35,732 nt of DNA from Verrucomicrobiaceae bacterium (GCA_043719365.1 JAYSTZ010000906.1:1-35732); one strand, 5' to 3'; counted from the stretch's first letter, positions 17,393 through 26,659 are shown. Made by a program: numbers and translations. Notes: generated from the sequence alone by a model not told the origin.

Positions 17393-17477
17393 CTCTCCCG
17401 CCACATTGGACTCACAAGTAATGGCACAGTCTCGCTAGGCAAACTATCGGGAACCGGGCCAGCCATCCCAATCTCCA

Positions 17478-20400
17478 ATGAACAAAATCCTCTTAGCACT
17501 TCTCCTGTCCTGCGGCATCGCCATGGCCGAGCAAGTTGTCTTTACCGAAGTAATGTACAATCCGCCGGCGGGAAAGCCGGAGTACATCGAAATCCAGAAC
17601 CTCACCAGCAATCGCCTCGATATGGCGCAGTGGAGGATTAGGGATGCAGTGGACTACACGTTTCCAGCATTCGCGGGAACGGCTGCACATTTCCTGAATG
17701 AATACGAGCGCATCGTGGTGAGCTCGGCGGACCCGGCGACGACGCGTGCGGCTTATCCGACGATTCCGCCGTTTATCCGCGTATTCGGACCATGGTCGGC
17801 GACGACGCAGCTCGATAACTCGGGCGACCATATCATACTAGAAGACGCGGCGGGAGCCCGGATTTGCGAGCTCAATTATGGCGACAATGGAAGGTGGCCG
17901 GTGGCGGGAGACGGGACGGGGCATTCGATCATCGTCATCAATCCGAATCGCAAAATCGACGATTGGCGAAATTGGAAATTGAGCCCACGCAATGGCGGTT
18001 CGCCGGGCAATCCCGAAATTACAGTCGCGGAGGAAGTCGCGGCAGGTAGTTCTGAACTCAATGTCGTCGATTTCGTGACGCCTGTGAATTATACGAGCGC
18101 TTGGAAATACTGGCGCGACCCGGTGGACCCAGACGGCGCGAACCCGGAGGGAACGTGGAAGAGCACCACTTTCAACGACGCGGCGTGGGCATCTGGGAAC
18201 GGATTTTTCGGTCAGGAAAACAACGCTCCACTTCTGGCCGCGATTCAGACTTCTTTCGCCACCGGGTATGTCTCCAGCACTTACACTTACTATTTCCGCA
18301 CGACCTTTAACTGGGCCGGTCCCACAACGGGCACGGCCTTTGTAGTGGACCAATACGTGGATGATGGCGTGATTTACTGGCTCAACGGCCAGGAACTCAA
18401 AGGGCCGAATCTTGGGCGTGTGCGCATGAACGCAGGCCTCGCGACTCATGCCACGATTGCCAATGCTTTGCCAGGTACGGGAGATGCCATTGATGAACGG
18501 GATGCACTGACCGGTTCGGTGGACGGGCAGTTGGTCTCCGGCACAAATTACCTGTGCGCCGAGGTGCATCAGGGGAGCACAAACAGCAGCGACATTTATT
18601 TCGGGGCTAGGATAAAAATCGGGCGCCCGCCGCCCGCAGGCGTCACGATCAATGAAGTGAAGCCGGCTGCGGCGGCGGGCGGCGGCTTTGTGGAGTTCTA
18701 CAATCCGACCGGCGCGGCAATTGATTTGAACGGCTTTTACGTCACCGATGCGGCGGCGAATCTCACGAAGTATCAGATCACCGGTTCGCTCGTGGTGCCT
18801 TCGCTCGGTTTCGCAACCATTGGGTATTTTGAGTCGAACCTCGGCATCGCGAACCCCGCGACGATCATTCTCACGCGGCCAGACGGGATTACGAAGCAGA
18901 CGGGCGTGACTCTTTCAAATCCTCCGGTGGACGGACGCAGCATCGGGCGCAAGCCGACTGGCGGTTCGCAGTTCTACTACTTCGCGTCGCCGACTCCGGG
19001 TGCGATCAATGCGGGCCTGCTGGCGGGAAACGTGGCGCTCAAATTGAGCGAGGCACATTTCGGTGCGACGGGCGTGGACTGGGTGGAGTTTGGAAATCCT
19101 ACGAGCACGGTGTTTAACGGCGCGGGGTACTTCGTCGCATCGAAGAAGGATTTCACGGACAAAGTCGCGATTCCCTCTTTGGTTGGGGCGAACGGATTGG
19201 CGAGTGTAACAGTGAATTTCGCGACGGATGGCGGCGGCGATGTGCATCTGTTTTTGATCGATGCGGGCAACAACGTCTTGGACAGCGTCGAACTGACGCG
19301 CCGTGCGGGACTCGACTCCGTTCAGCGGTTCCCGCTGACTTCGACAGAATGGTATAATGCCGCTACCGCGACGCAAGACACGGCCAACAATCCCGCGCGG
19401 CACGACGAGATCGTGATTAACGAAATCATGTTTGCACCGCCGTCCGGGCATGAACAAGGGCAGTTTATCGAGCTCTACAACAAGAGCGCGGGGCCGGTCG
19501 TTCTCACCGGATGGCGGCTCGTGGACGGAATGGATTTCAATTTCGCGAGCGGTACCACGCTGGCGGCTGGCGCTTATTTGGTCGTGGCAAAAGACCCTGC
19601 TTACATCACCGCCAACTACGGCGCGGTGGGAAGTCTGTTCGGTCCGGCGAGCGGCGGTCTGCGCAGGAGCGGCGAGCTCGTTCGATTGGAAGACGAGCGG
19701 CGCAACCTCGCTGACTCGGTCGATTACCAAGTGGGTGGTCAATGGCCGAGCGAATCCGGCGGGGAAGGTAGCAGCTTGGAGTTGCTGAATCCCAACATGG
19801 ACAACAGCCAGCCGAGCAGTTGGCGCGCGAGCAATGAAAGCAGCAAGGGGACGTTCTCGACCTACAGCTATACGGGACTCTATCGCGAGTTGCGTGGCGC
19901 GACCTCCCCCGTGAATGGCAATCCTGCCATTCTCAGTAGTATCAGCGAAAACCGGGAACTCCTTCTCAACCTCGTCAGCGACGGGCACGTAGTTTTGCGC
20001 AATATTTCGTTCGCGCCAATGACTTCACCGGGGACGAATTTGCTGACGACTGGCACAGCGACATCGCACACTGGCAGCGGCGCAAATGGCTTTCACTGCA
20101 CAGGCACGCACTGCCTGAGCGACACGCTCGCCGACGGTTTTCATCTTGTCAGCGCGGGCTCCGGCGATACCAAGGCGAACAAAGTCGAGGTGGACATCAC
20201 GAGCATGTCGGCCAACGTAAACTACACGCTTTCGTTTGAGGCACGCTGGGTTTCTGGAATGCCGCTCATGGTCGCTCAGACTTGGGACCGCAGCTTTGGT
20301 AAAGTCTTCCGTTTTTCCATGCCAAACAACCTCGGCACGCCCGGCAGCGTGAACTCGCGCGTCATCGCGGCACCGCCCCCGACCGTGGATTCGCTCACGC

Positions 20401-23400
20401 ATTTTCCGGTCGTTCCGACGTCCACGCAGGCTGTCACCGTGACTGCAAAAGTGACGTCCGCTGCCTCACTCACCTCAGTGAATTTGTTCGAGCGCACCGA
20501 CTTGCTTGCTGGAGGCGGAGCATTTAATTCGGTCCCGATGAACGATAGCGGAACCGGCGTTGACGCGTTGGCGGGCGACGGCATTTGGTCGGCGTCCGTG
20601 GCCGCGAAAGGCGACGGAACAATCACGCAATTTTACGTCCGTGCGACGGCGAACAACGGTCAGTTCAACGACCTGCCGCGCAATGCGCTCGGCGTCGCCC
20701 CGGTAAATGGGTCGGTGCTGGAAGTGCCGGCGCGTCCTGCGATGTGGATCGTGGATAACTCCCCGCCAGCCACGGCACCGGGAATTCTCGTCGAGCGCTA
20801 CATCCTCACTCAGTACGACCGCGCCTCGCTCGACACCGCCACGGGTTACAGCGCGTCGCGGGATTTCAATTTCCCCCGCATGTCGAACTTCGGCTTCAAC
20901 GCGACGATGATCTACAACGAGAGCGACTGCTTCTATAATTGCGAGATGCGCAAAGGCGGCTCGCCGTGGACTCGCGACGGAGGGAACGGGATGTCGCGAA
21001 TTCGCTACAAGCCACCGGGCGATAATCAGTGGCGCAACCGTAGCAAGAGCGGCATCGACAACGACGCGGGCGGCGCAAACCGTTTCCACAATCGCGTTGT
21101 CCGCTACATGCTCCACACGGTCGGCTACCCGATTCCGGACTCCGAGTTCTGCCAGCGAATCATCAATGCCGACGGCCCCGGACTCGGCGATGATCAGGAG
21201 CAAACGGATGATGATTTCTTCGACCGAGCTTACGCCGATAACAACCAGGGCCAGTTGTTCGAAATCGACGACGCTTGGTTCATGTATGACTCCAATAGCA
21301 TGGACGACCGGTTTCAAGCGGATCAAGTCACCGGACGCTGGGTGCTCGGCGACTGGGCCAATGCCTCCATTGTCGCGCCATCGGAGGAAAGCCCGATCTA
21401 TTTCCACAGTAACTTCCCGTTGCGTTTCCCGGAGGCACGCTACGACTACGCCGCTCTCTCGCAGTTCATCAAGACCGTTTACAACAACAATGTGAACATT
21501 AATGCGCAGGCCCAGGCAACGCAGGACGCATGGCGCGAACAAGTGGAGCGGCAGATCGATGTGGACCGCGTCGCCGCCTACGCAGCAGCCCGCGGTTACA
21601 TTGGTGATTGGGACAATTTCACCCTCAATCGCGGCAAGAATGGATACTTCTTCCGCCGTCCGACCGATGGCAAATTTGAGTTCCATCATTGGGACAGCGA
21701 CCTCGGGTTCTCCGTCGGCGAAGTCGTGATCGGTAATGTTGGCGGCACTGGATTTACAAACCTCTCCGGCACGCCGTATTTCCGCCGTTCGTTCCACTAT
21801 TATCTCTCGAAATTGCAGAGCAATATCAACGGCGGAAGCTCCCGCATGGCGACATTTCTCGCCGCGATGAACTACCAGAGTGCCAATGCCGACGGCCTCG
21901 CTCCGTTTAAGACCGCAGTTTTCGACTACACCGGATTTTTCACCGCTCGCGACGCCCTCATCACTACCGAGATCAACTCATTCGGAGGCACTAACACCAC
22001 ACGGCCGGCAAGCATCAGCACGTTTAGCAGCCAGACCGTTACCACGCCGCTCTTCACGCTAAATGGCGAAGCGCCCGCCGGCGTATGGGCCGTCGATGTC
22101 CTCAACCATCCGGAAGGCGTCTTTGCATGGGTCCCAACCACCGCAAATGCCGGTCTTTGGACGATTGCAAACATCGCACTCGCCAGCGGCGCGAACAACT
22201 TCACTGTCCGCTTCCTTGCAAAGGACGGCACTGTCACTTCCACTCTGCCATTCTCCGTCACGCTCAATGGAAATGGACCGCCAATCGCCCGGCTCACGAT
22301 GGACCCGAGCTCGGGCAATCTTGCGCGCAACGAGTCCATGAACTTTAGCGGAGCGACGAGCACCGACCCCGAAGGCGGAGCGCTCACATTTACGTGGACT
22401 GTCAATCCCAGCGTGGGTGCAGTCCTCACGCCGACCGGCAATACGGCGACCGCGCGCTTCACAGTTCCCGGCAGCTACACGGTGACGATGAGCGTCCTCG
22501 ATGCGGTCTCGAACGTGCGTTCCGCGAGCCGCACGCTCACCGTGTATGACACAATCGACTTTGCGCCGTTCTCGCCCGGCCTATCGCTTCCTGCGGGTTA
22601 CGCTGCCCAAAATGTCGAGTATCGCGACAGCTACTCGCCAAACACGTGGTACTCGCTCGAAGACAACACGGGGCGCATCCTCATTCAGATCACAGACGAA
22701 ATCGCCAGGCCGCTCACCGCGCCGTCGGCGGCGTTCCCGCTCATCACCCGCGACCTGCCCGACGCCGCGAATTTCATCCTGCAAACCGAGGTCACGCCGC
22801 AGTCCCGAGAGTTCGGAAACTGGCAGTCCGGATTGTGGATTGAAGTCGTGGAATCCGGCGTCGCCGTGCGTTACACCTTTAGCCTCGATGGCGGCACCAA
22901 CGTCAGCATCCGCCGCGCGGCGAACCCATCGAACTTCACCCAAATCTCGACTGCGGCACACACCGGCAGCGGAGCCACACTGCGCATCCGCCGCAACGGA
23001 ACGTCGCTGATTTTTGAAAGACGAGGCGCTGACGGATTGTGGGGCTTGGTATTTACCCAATCCATCCCCGCAGGCTCGATCGCAAACACGGGCGGCATCT
23101 TCGCCGCCACGTCGGTCGCCACGAGCGCACTCACCGCGTTTGATTACATCCTTCTGAGCGATCCGACAAATGCCACCGACGTGCTCTCCAGTCTGCGCAT
23201 CACCGAAGTCATGTACAACCCATCGCCGACCGGCGTAGAATACATCGAGTTCCGCAACGTTGGCGCACAACCCATTAACCTCAACGGCGTCTATTTCGAC
23301 ATCGGCTCGCCCATCGCGACGCTCGGCGCACCCGACACCGCGTACACATTCGGAAACGAAATCCTCAATCCCGGAGCGTACATCGTAATCACCGAAAACA

Positions 23401-23972
23401 TTGCCACATTTCAGGCACTCTACGGCAACTCCATACGTCTCGGAGCTGCATGGACCAGCGGTTCGCTCAACAACGGCGGCGAGCGCATCACGCTTCGCGA
23501 CAGCTTCGGAAACACGATCCAAAACACCCACGATTTCGACTACGACGACATCGCCCCCTGGCCTCTCACGCCCGACGGCACCGGACCGTCGCTCGAAGTC
23601 ATCAACGTCCAGGGCAACTACAGCCTCGGCACCAACTGGCGCGCAAGCGGCGAACCCGCAGGCAGCCCCGGACGCACCGGCGTAGGCCCCGACTCGGACG
23701 GCGACGGAGTCCCCGACAGCATCGAAGCGCTCTTCGGCACCAACCCGAACGACTTTAGCTCCCGCCCCGCCGCAGTTCCGACACGCGCTGTGAATGGCGA
23801 CGTCACAATCGCCTGGCCGAGCGTCAACGGAGTCGATTATCGGATCGAGAAAAGCGAAGACCTCGTCACGTGGATGACGCTTGCGACCGTCAACGGCATC
23901 GGCAGCTACATCGACACCACAGCGCCTGCCGAAACGAAGCGATTCTACCGGGTTGCCGGAGTGTTGCCGTGA
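17478..23972 (+). CDS. giant secreted lamin-tail-domain (LTD) / CotH kinase-family protein, 2164 aa
   Basis: Signal peptide MNKILLALLLSCGIAMA. Approximate domain map in nt:
- LTD1 17532-18017 (VVFTEVMYNPPAGKPEYIEIQN).
- Galactose-binding-like sandwich 18075-18623 (YYFRTTF, DDGVIYWLNGQEL).
- LTD2 18633-19013 (VTINEV..GFVEFYNP).
- Degenerate LTD3 19026-19397.
- LTD4 19404-19835 (IVINEIMFAPP..FIELYN).
- CBM-like plus Ig-like region 19840-20720.
- CotH 20730-21992.
- Ig plus PKD 22000-22553 (FSGATSTDPEGGALTFTW).
- LamG/concanavalin-like 22560-23162.
- LTD5 23190-23672 (LRITEVMYNPSPTGVEYIEFRN).
- TSP3-like DSDGDGVPD 23685-23753.
- C-terminal sandwich ending RFYRV. Confidence 0.85.
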   Translation: MNKILLALLLSCGIAMAEQVVFTEVMYNPPAGKPEYIEIQNLTSNRLDMAQWRIRDAVDYTFPAFAGTAAHFLNEYERIVVSSADPATTRAAYPTIPPFIRVFGPWSATTQLDNSGDHIILEDAAGARICELNYGDNGRWPVAGDGTGHSIIVINPNRKIDDWRNWKLSPRNGGSPGNPEITVAEEVAAGSSELNVVDFVTPVNYTSAWKYWRDPVDPDGANPEGTWKSTTFNDAAWASGNGFFGQENNAPLLAAIQTSFATGYVSSTYTYYFRTTFNWAGPTTGTAFVVDQYVDDGVIYWLNGQELKGPNLGRVRMNAGLATHATIANALPGTGDAIDERDALTGSVDGQLVSGTNYLCAEVHQGSTNSSDIYFGARIKIGRPPPAGVTINEVKPAAAAGGGFVEFYNPTGAAIDLNGFYVTDAAANLTKYQITGSLVVPSLGFATIGYFESNLGIANPATIILTRPDGITKQTGVTLSNPPVDGRSIGRKPTGGSQFYYFASPTPGAINAGLLAGNVALKLSEAHFGATGVDWVEFGNPTSTVFNGAGYFVASKKDFTDKVAIPSLVGANGLASVTVNFATDGGGDVHLFLIDAGNNVLDSVELTRRAGLDSVQRFPLTSTEWYNAATATQDTANNPARHDEIVINEIMFAPPSGHEQGQFIELYNKSAGPVVLTGWRLVDGMDFNFASGTTLAAGAYLVVAKDPAYITANYGAVGSLFGPASGGLRRSGELVRLEDERRNLADSVDYQVGGQWPSESGGEGSSLELLNPNMDNSQPSSWRASNESSKGTFSTYSYTGLYRELRGATSPVNGNPAILSSISENRELLLNLVSDGHVVLRNISFAPMTSPGTNLLTTGTATSHTGSGANGFHCTGTHCLSDTLADGFHLVSAGSGDTKANKVEVDITSMSANVNYTLSFEARWVSGMPLMVAQTWDRSFGKVFRFSMPNNLGTPGSVNSRVIAAPPPTVDSLTHFPVVPTSTQAVTVTAKVTSAASLTSVNLFERTDLLAGGGAFNSVPMNDSGTGVDALAGDGIWSASVAAKGDGTITQFYVRATANNGQFNDLPRNALGVAPVNGSVLEVPARPAMWIVDNSPPATAPGILVERYILTQYDRASLDTATGYSASRDFNFPRMSNFGFNATMIYNESDCFYNCEMRKGGSPWTRDGGNGMSRIRYKPPGDNQWRNRSKSGIDNDAGGANRFHNRVVRYMLHTVGYPIPDSEFCQRIINADGPGLGDDQEQTDDDFFDRAYADNNQGQLFEIDDAWFMYDSNSMDDRFQADQVTGRWVLGDWANASIVAPSEESPIYFHSNFPLRFPEARYDYAALSQFIKTVYNNNVNINAQAQATQDAWREQVERQIDVDRVAAYAAARGYIGDWDNFTLNRGKNGYFFRRPTDGKFEFHHWDSDLGFSVGEVVIGNVGGTGFTNLSGTPYFRRSFHYYLSKLQSNINGGSSRMATFLAAMNYQSANADGLAPFKTAVFDYTGFFTARDALITTEINSFGGTNTTRPASISTFSSQTVTTPLFTLNGEAPAGVWAVDVLNHPEGVFAWVPTTANAGLWTIANIALASGANNFTVRFLAKDGTVTSTLPFSVTLNGNGPPIARLTMDPSSGNLARNESMNFSGATSTDPEGGALTFTWTVNPSVGAVLTPTGNTATARFTVPGSYTVTMSVLDAVSNVRSASRTLTVYDTIDFAPFSPGLSLPAGYAAQNVEYRDSYSPNTWYSLEDNTGRILIQITDEIARPLTAPSAAFPLITRDLPDAANFILQTEVTPQSREFGNWQSGLWIEVVESGVAVRYTFSLDGGTNVSIRRAANPSNFTQISTAAHTGSGATLRIRRNGTSLIFERRGADGLWGLVFTQSIPAGSIANTGGIFAATSVATSALTAFDYILLSDPTNATDVLSSLRITEVMYNPSPTGVEYIEFRNVGAQPINLNGVYFDIGSPIATLGAPDTAYTFGNEILNPGAYIVITENIATFQALYGNSIRLGAAWTSGSLNNGGERITLRDSFGNTIQNTHDFDYDDIAPWPLTPDGTGPSLEVINVQGNYSLGTNWRASGEPAGSPGRTGVGPDSDGDGVPDSIEALFGTNPNDFSSRPAAVPTRAVNGDVTIAWPSVNGVDYRIEKSEDLVTWMTLATVNGIGSYIDTTAPAETKRFYRVAGVLP
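20730..21992 (+). other. CotH (atypical protein kinase-like) domain of the giant protein
   Basis: FHNRVVRYMLHTVGYPIPDSEFCQRIINADG...GQLFEIDD, and NRGKNGYFFRRPTDGKFEFHHWDSDLGF, resemble the CotH core including the WDxD block. I verified the Trp codon at 21690-21692. Confidence 0.7.
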
Positions 23973-24003
23973 TGAGTCGGCGGCGACAAATCGGAAACTT
24001 GCG

Positions 24004-25740
24004 TCACTCCGCGATCCATTTGGTGTAATCACGGGGGCCGAAGTAACGATAGCCGCGACTCTCATCGGGAGTGCCTGAAAGGAGGCTCTGTATGAAGCCA
24101 TTTTTTTCCACCTGCACGGTGTGGAGGATCGCGCGATCGGGGTTTCCGTGCAGGAGAAAGCGGATGCGTCCTTCGAGGGCGGCAATGTTCATAATGTCGC
24201 CAGCTTTCGTGGTCATGAAGGTGAAGCTCTTTTCGAGGTCGGTCTGCATCAGTTGGCTGCGATACCATGTTCCGCCGGTCGCGCTCACGAAGGGCTTTCC
24301 ATTTAGCAACGCGATGTCGTCGTGATACGCGAGCACGCAGAGGCGGTGGTCTCGCTTGGGCGTTGAGAGCCACGCGGCGAGCTTGTCGCCGTGGCCGAGC
24401 GCGGGGTCGTAGCCGTACGTGGCATCCAGAAAGGCGATGCGCGTGATGTCCTCGGGGATAGCCGCGACGGCATTGATATAGCCGAAGATGAAACTCCCGC
24501 CGCCGCTGTGGCCGCTGAGTGTGATCCGCATCTTGCCATCGCCGGCCTTCGCACGCACGGCGGCGACAACTTCGGGAATCAGCGCGTCGGTGTTGGCCCC
24601 GCGCCATTGGGGCCAGGCGAGTTGCCGGGACTCGACGTACGCGATGACAAATCTCCGGGTGGGCACCTTCTCCCGCACGAACCGGATCTGCGCACCGATA
24701 TGCTGATTATCGAATTTCGTATCCACTCCAGCGGACGGCTTTTTACCTGCGGTCTGCTCGATCGTGCTGCCGTTCGGCAGGGCGTAAATCACGAGCTCGA
24801 TCGGTAACGCGGCGTCCGTCTCACGGTAAGCGGGAGTATTGATCATAATGCGCACTCCGGGCTCGTGCGTGAATGTGACCGTGTGTTCGCCAAACGGTCC
24901 CGGAGTTCGTTCCGGGGCGGCCCCGGAATCATCATATCGGGGGACTGCGATGACGCCTTCGTCGCTCAGCAGCGGAGCGAGCTCCGCGTCCCTGAGAACA
25001 TCCGCGACTTTGCGCGGACCGCCGTCCACCGTCATCGCCTGCTGCACAAGCCGGATGCCGTGGCTGTAATCCACCCACGTCTGCGCGTGCCCCGTGAAGA
25101 GCGGCTGGATGGGCGTGCCGTCGAGCCGTTGCAAGCCGTAGATGGCCACCTTGCCGGGAGCGGACGCAAGGGCCGCAGAGATAACGACGTCCTTCTTCCC
25201 GCCCGCAGTGAGCTTGCCGAACGGGTGGTCCTCGCGCTGTGCGAGACGCTGCGCGCGCAAGAGATTGTTGTGATCGCTAAATACGGCGACGCTCGTCATC
25301 GCAGGATTGGGCGGGAAGTTCTGCGGCGCGAGTTTTACCTGCGCGGCCAGATAGATGTCGTCGGTCATCTTCCGCGTGGGCAGCGTGCATCCAAGCCGCT
25401 CGGCGATGCGCTGCGCAGAAATCGGCGTGAGCGGAGCGAGGAAATAATCCGAGTCGGTCCCCACGGCGAGGTAGTCGGGGGCGACGAAGAAAGTCGCGGT
25501 ATGTGCGAGAAGTTTCACCGTCACAGGCTGAAGCCTCCGAAGAAAATCAGGCACATTTCCGGCAAGGACCTGCGCGGTGATTTCCTCCTCGCGCTCCGCG
25601 ATCGGAAGCTTCGCGATGCGCGTGATAAAATCCGCGCTGCTCCAGCCCGTGGCGGGGCGCGGCGGTAGCGGGAGTTGCTGCGCAAAGCCCGCCGCAAAGA
25701 ATAGTGCGAATACGAACGCGATGACTATCCGGAGATTCAT
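24004..25740 (-). CDS. secreted two-domain protein: unknown N-terminal domain plus C-terminal alpha/beta-hydrolase (GxSxG) domain
   Basis: The start is taken at ATG 25740 (MNLRIVIAFVFALFFAAGFAQQ, a signal peptide). The 95 upstream ORF codons overlap the divergent gene's leader. The nucleophile elbow is LSGHSGGGSF, with the Ser codon verified at 24505-24507. Candidate Asp (FLDATYG) and His (RAILHT) lie downstream. Confidence 0.6.
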   Translation of the reverse strand: MNLRIVIAFVFALFFAAGFAQQLPLPPRPATGWSSADFITRIAKLPIAEREEEITAQVLAGNVPDFLRRLQPVTVKLLAHTATFFVAPDYLAVGTDSDYFLAPLTPISAQRIAERLGCTLPTRKMTDDIYLAAQVKLAPQNFPPNPAMTSVAVFSDHNNLLRAQRLAQREDHPFGKLTAGGKKDVVISAALASAPGKVAIYGLQRLDGTPIQPLFTGHAQTWVDYSHGIRLVQQAMTVDGGPRKVADVLRDAELAPLLSDEGVIAVPRYDDSGAAPERTPGPFGEHTVTFTHEPGVRIMINTPAYRETDAALPIELVIYALPNGSTIEQTAGKKPSAGVDTKFDNQHIGAQIRFVREKVPTRRFVIAYVESRQLAWPQWRGANTDALIPEVVAAVRAKAGDGKMRITLSGHSGGGSFIFGYINAVAAIPEDITRIAFLDATYGYDPALGHGDKLAAWLSTPKRDHRLCVLAYHDDIALLNGKPFVSATGGTWYRSQLMQTDLEKSFTFMTTKAGDIMNIAALEGRIRFLLHGNPDRAILHTVQVEKNGFIQSLLSGTPDESRGYRYFGPRDYTKWIAE

Positions 25741-25781
25741 TGCGGAAGCTAAGTCACCAGCGGGCTCGGCAGGCAATTGCG

Positions 25782-25795
25782 AATCTCCGGAGATT
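25782..25795. promoter_or_regulatory. perfect 14-bp palindrome AATCTCCGGAGATT in a 70-bp divergent intergenic region
   Basis: Read directly from the sequence. It lies 16 nt upstream of the ATG at 25811 and 42 nt from the ATG at 25740. It is a candidate dimeric-regulator operator shared by both genes. Confidence 0.4.
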
Positions 25796-25810
25796 GATCC
25801 ATGGTCGGGA

Positions 25811-26650
25811 ATGAACCGCCGAACATTTTCCAAGTTCCTGCTCGCAGCCGCGCCTGCCCGATTATTCGCACAGGCTCCCGAGGTGGCGGGACGCAAGCTG
25901 GACTTCCGCATTGGCGACGACTTCAAGGCATCCGAGGCGGATATCAAGGCGGTGCTGCGTTCCGCCGGGGAAAGCATCTGGCAGCACTGCCCGAACACCC
26001 GCTGGGAGGTTCCCGGGTTCTTCATTTTTCACAATGCCGAGTATCCAATCACGGCGTTTGATCATCGAGCTGACGGACGGATTGCGATCGGGCTCACGCC
26101 GCAAGGAAATCTCTGGTCGCAGTTTGCGTATCAGTTCTCACACGAATTCTGTCATGCGCTCGCAGGGCATTCAAACGATTGGAAGATGACATGGATCAAA
26201 GGACGGAAAGCCAACCACTGGCTGGAGGAGTCCCTTTGCGAAACAGCGTCGCTTTTTGCAATGAGAGCCATGGGCGAAAGCTGGAAAACAAAGCCGCCAT
26301 ATCCGAACTGGAAGTCCTACTCCGAGGCGCTCGCGAAGTATGCCGCAGACCGGATGACCAAGTCCGCCGAGGGACTACCGGCAGGCACGCAGTTTATCAC
26401 GTGGTTTCGCGAGAACGAAGCCTCCATGCGGCAAAATAGCACACTGCGGGAAAAGAACAATGTCGTGGCGCTGCAACTCCTCCGGCTCTTCGAAGCCGAG
26501 CCTTCCGGGTGGGAAGCCGTCACATTCTTCAACCTGACCAAGCGCGAACCCGAGAACACGCTCGCGGGGCAGCTATCCGAGTGGAAGGCGGTTGCGCCGC
26601 TCGCGCAACAGCCGTTCATTTCGAAAGTCGCGGCAGTGTTCGCGGTGTAG
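25811..26650 (+). CDS. Tat-exported putative zinc metallopeptidase (HExxH, gluzincin-like)
   Basis: The start is taken at ATG 25811 (MNRRTFSKFLLAAAPARLFAQAP, a twin-arginine RRxFxK signal). HEFCH is at 26141-26155 (verified), and a downstream NHWLEESLCE supplies a candidate third-ligand Glu about 23 residues after the motif. Confidence 0.55.
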   Translation: MNRRTFSKFLLAAAPARLFAQAPEVAGRKLDFRIGDDFKASEADIKAVLRSAGESIWQHCPNTRWEVPGFFIFHNAEYPITAFDHRADGRIAIGLTPQGNLWSQFAYQFSHEFCHALAGHSNDWKMTWIKGRKANHWLEESLCETASLFAMRAMGESWKTKPPYPNWKSYSEALAKYAADRMTKSAEGLPAGTQFITWFRENEASMRQNSTLREKNNVVALQLLRLFEAEPSGWEAVTFFNLTKREPENTLAGQLSEWKAVAPLAQQPFISKVAAVFAV

Positions 26651-26659
26651 TCGCGTGGA

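Noticed and set aside
17156-17404. 82-aa minus-strand ORF in the leader of the giant gene.
   Set aside because: Its composition is Cys/Arg/Pro-rich and not protein-like, it has no partner genes on that strand, and it overlaps the inverted repeat. It is treated as non-coding.
18915-24185. Long minus-strand ORFs inside and antisense to the giant gene: 18915-19988 (357 aa), 20475-21797 (440 aa) and 22581-24185 (534 aa).
   Set aside because: Their composition is low-complexity Arg/Ala/Val/Gly with no recognisable motifs, whereas the plus-strand frame shows continuous domain structure. The 22581-24185 ORF also crosses the convergent gene boundary out of frame.
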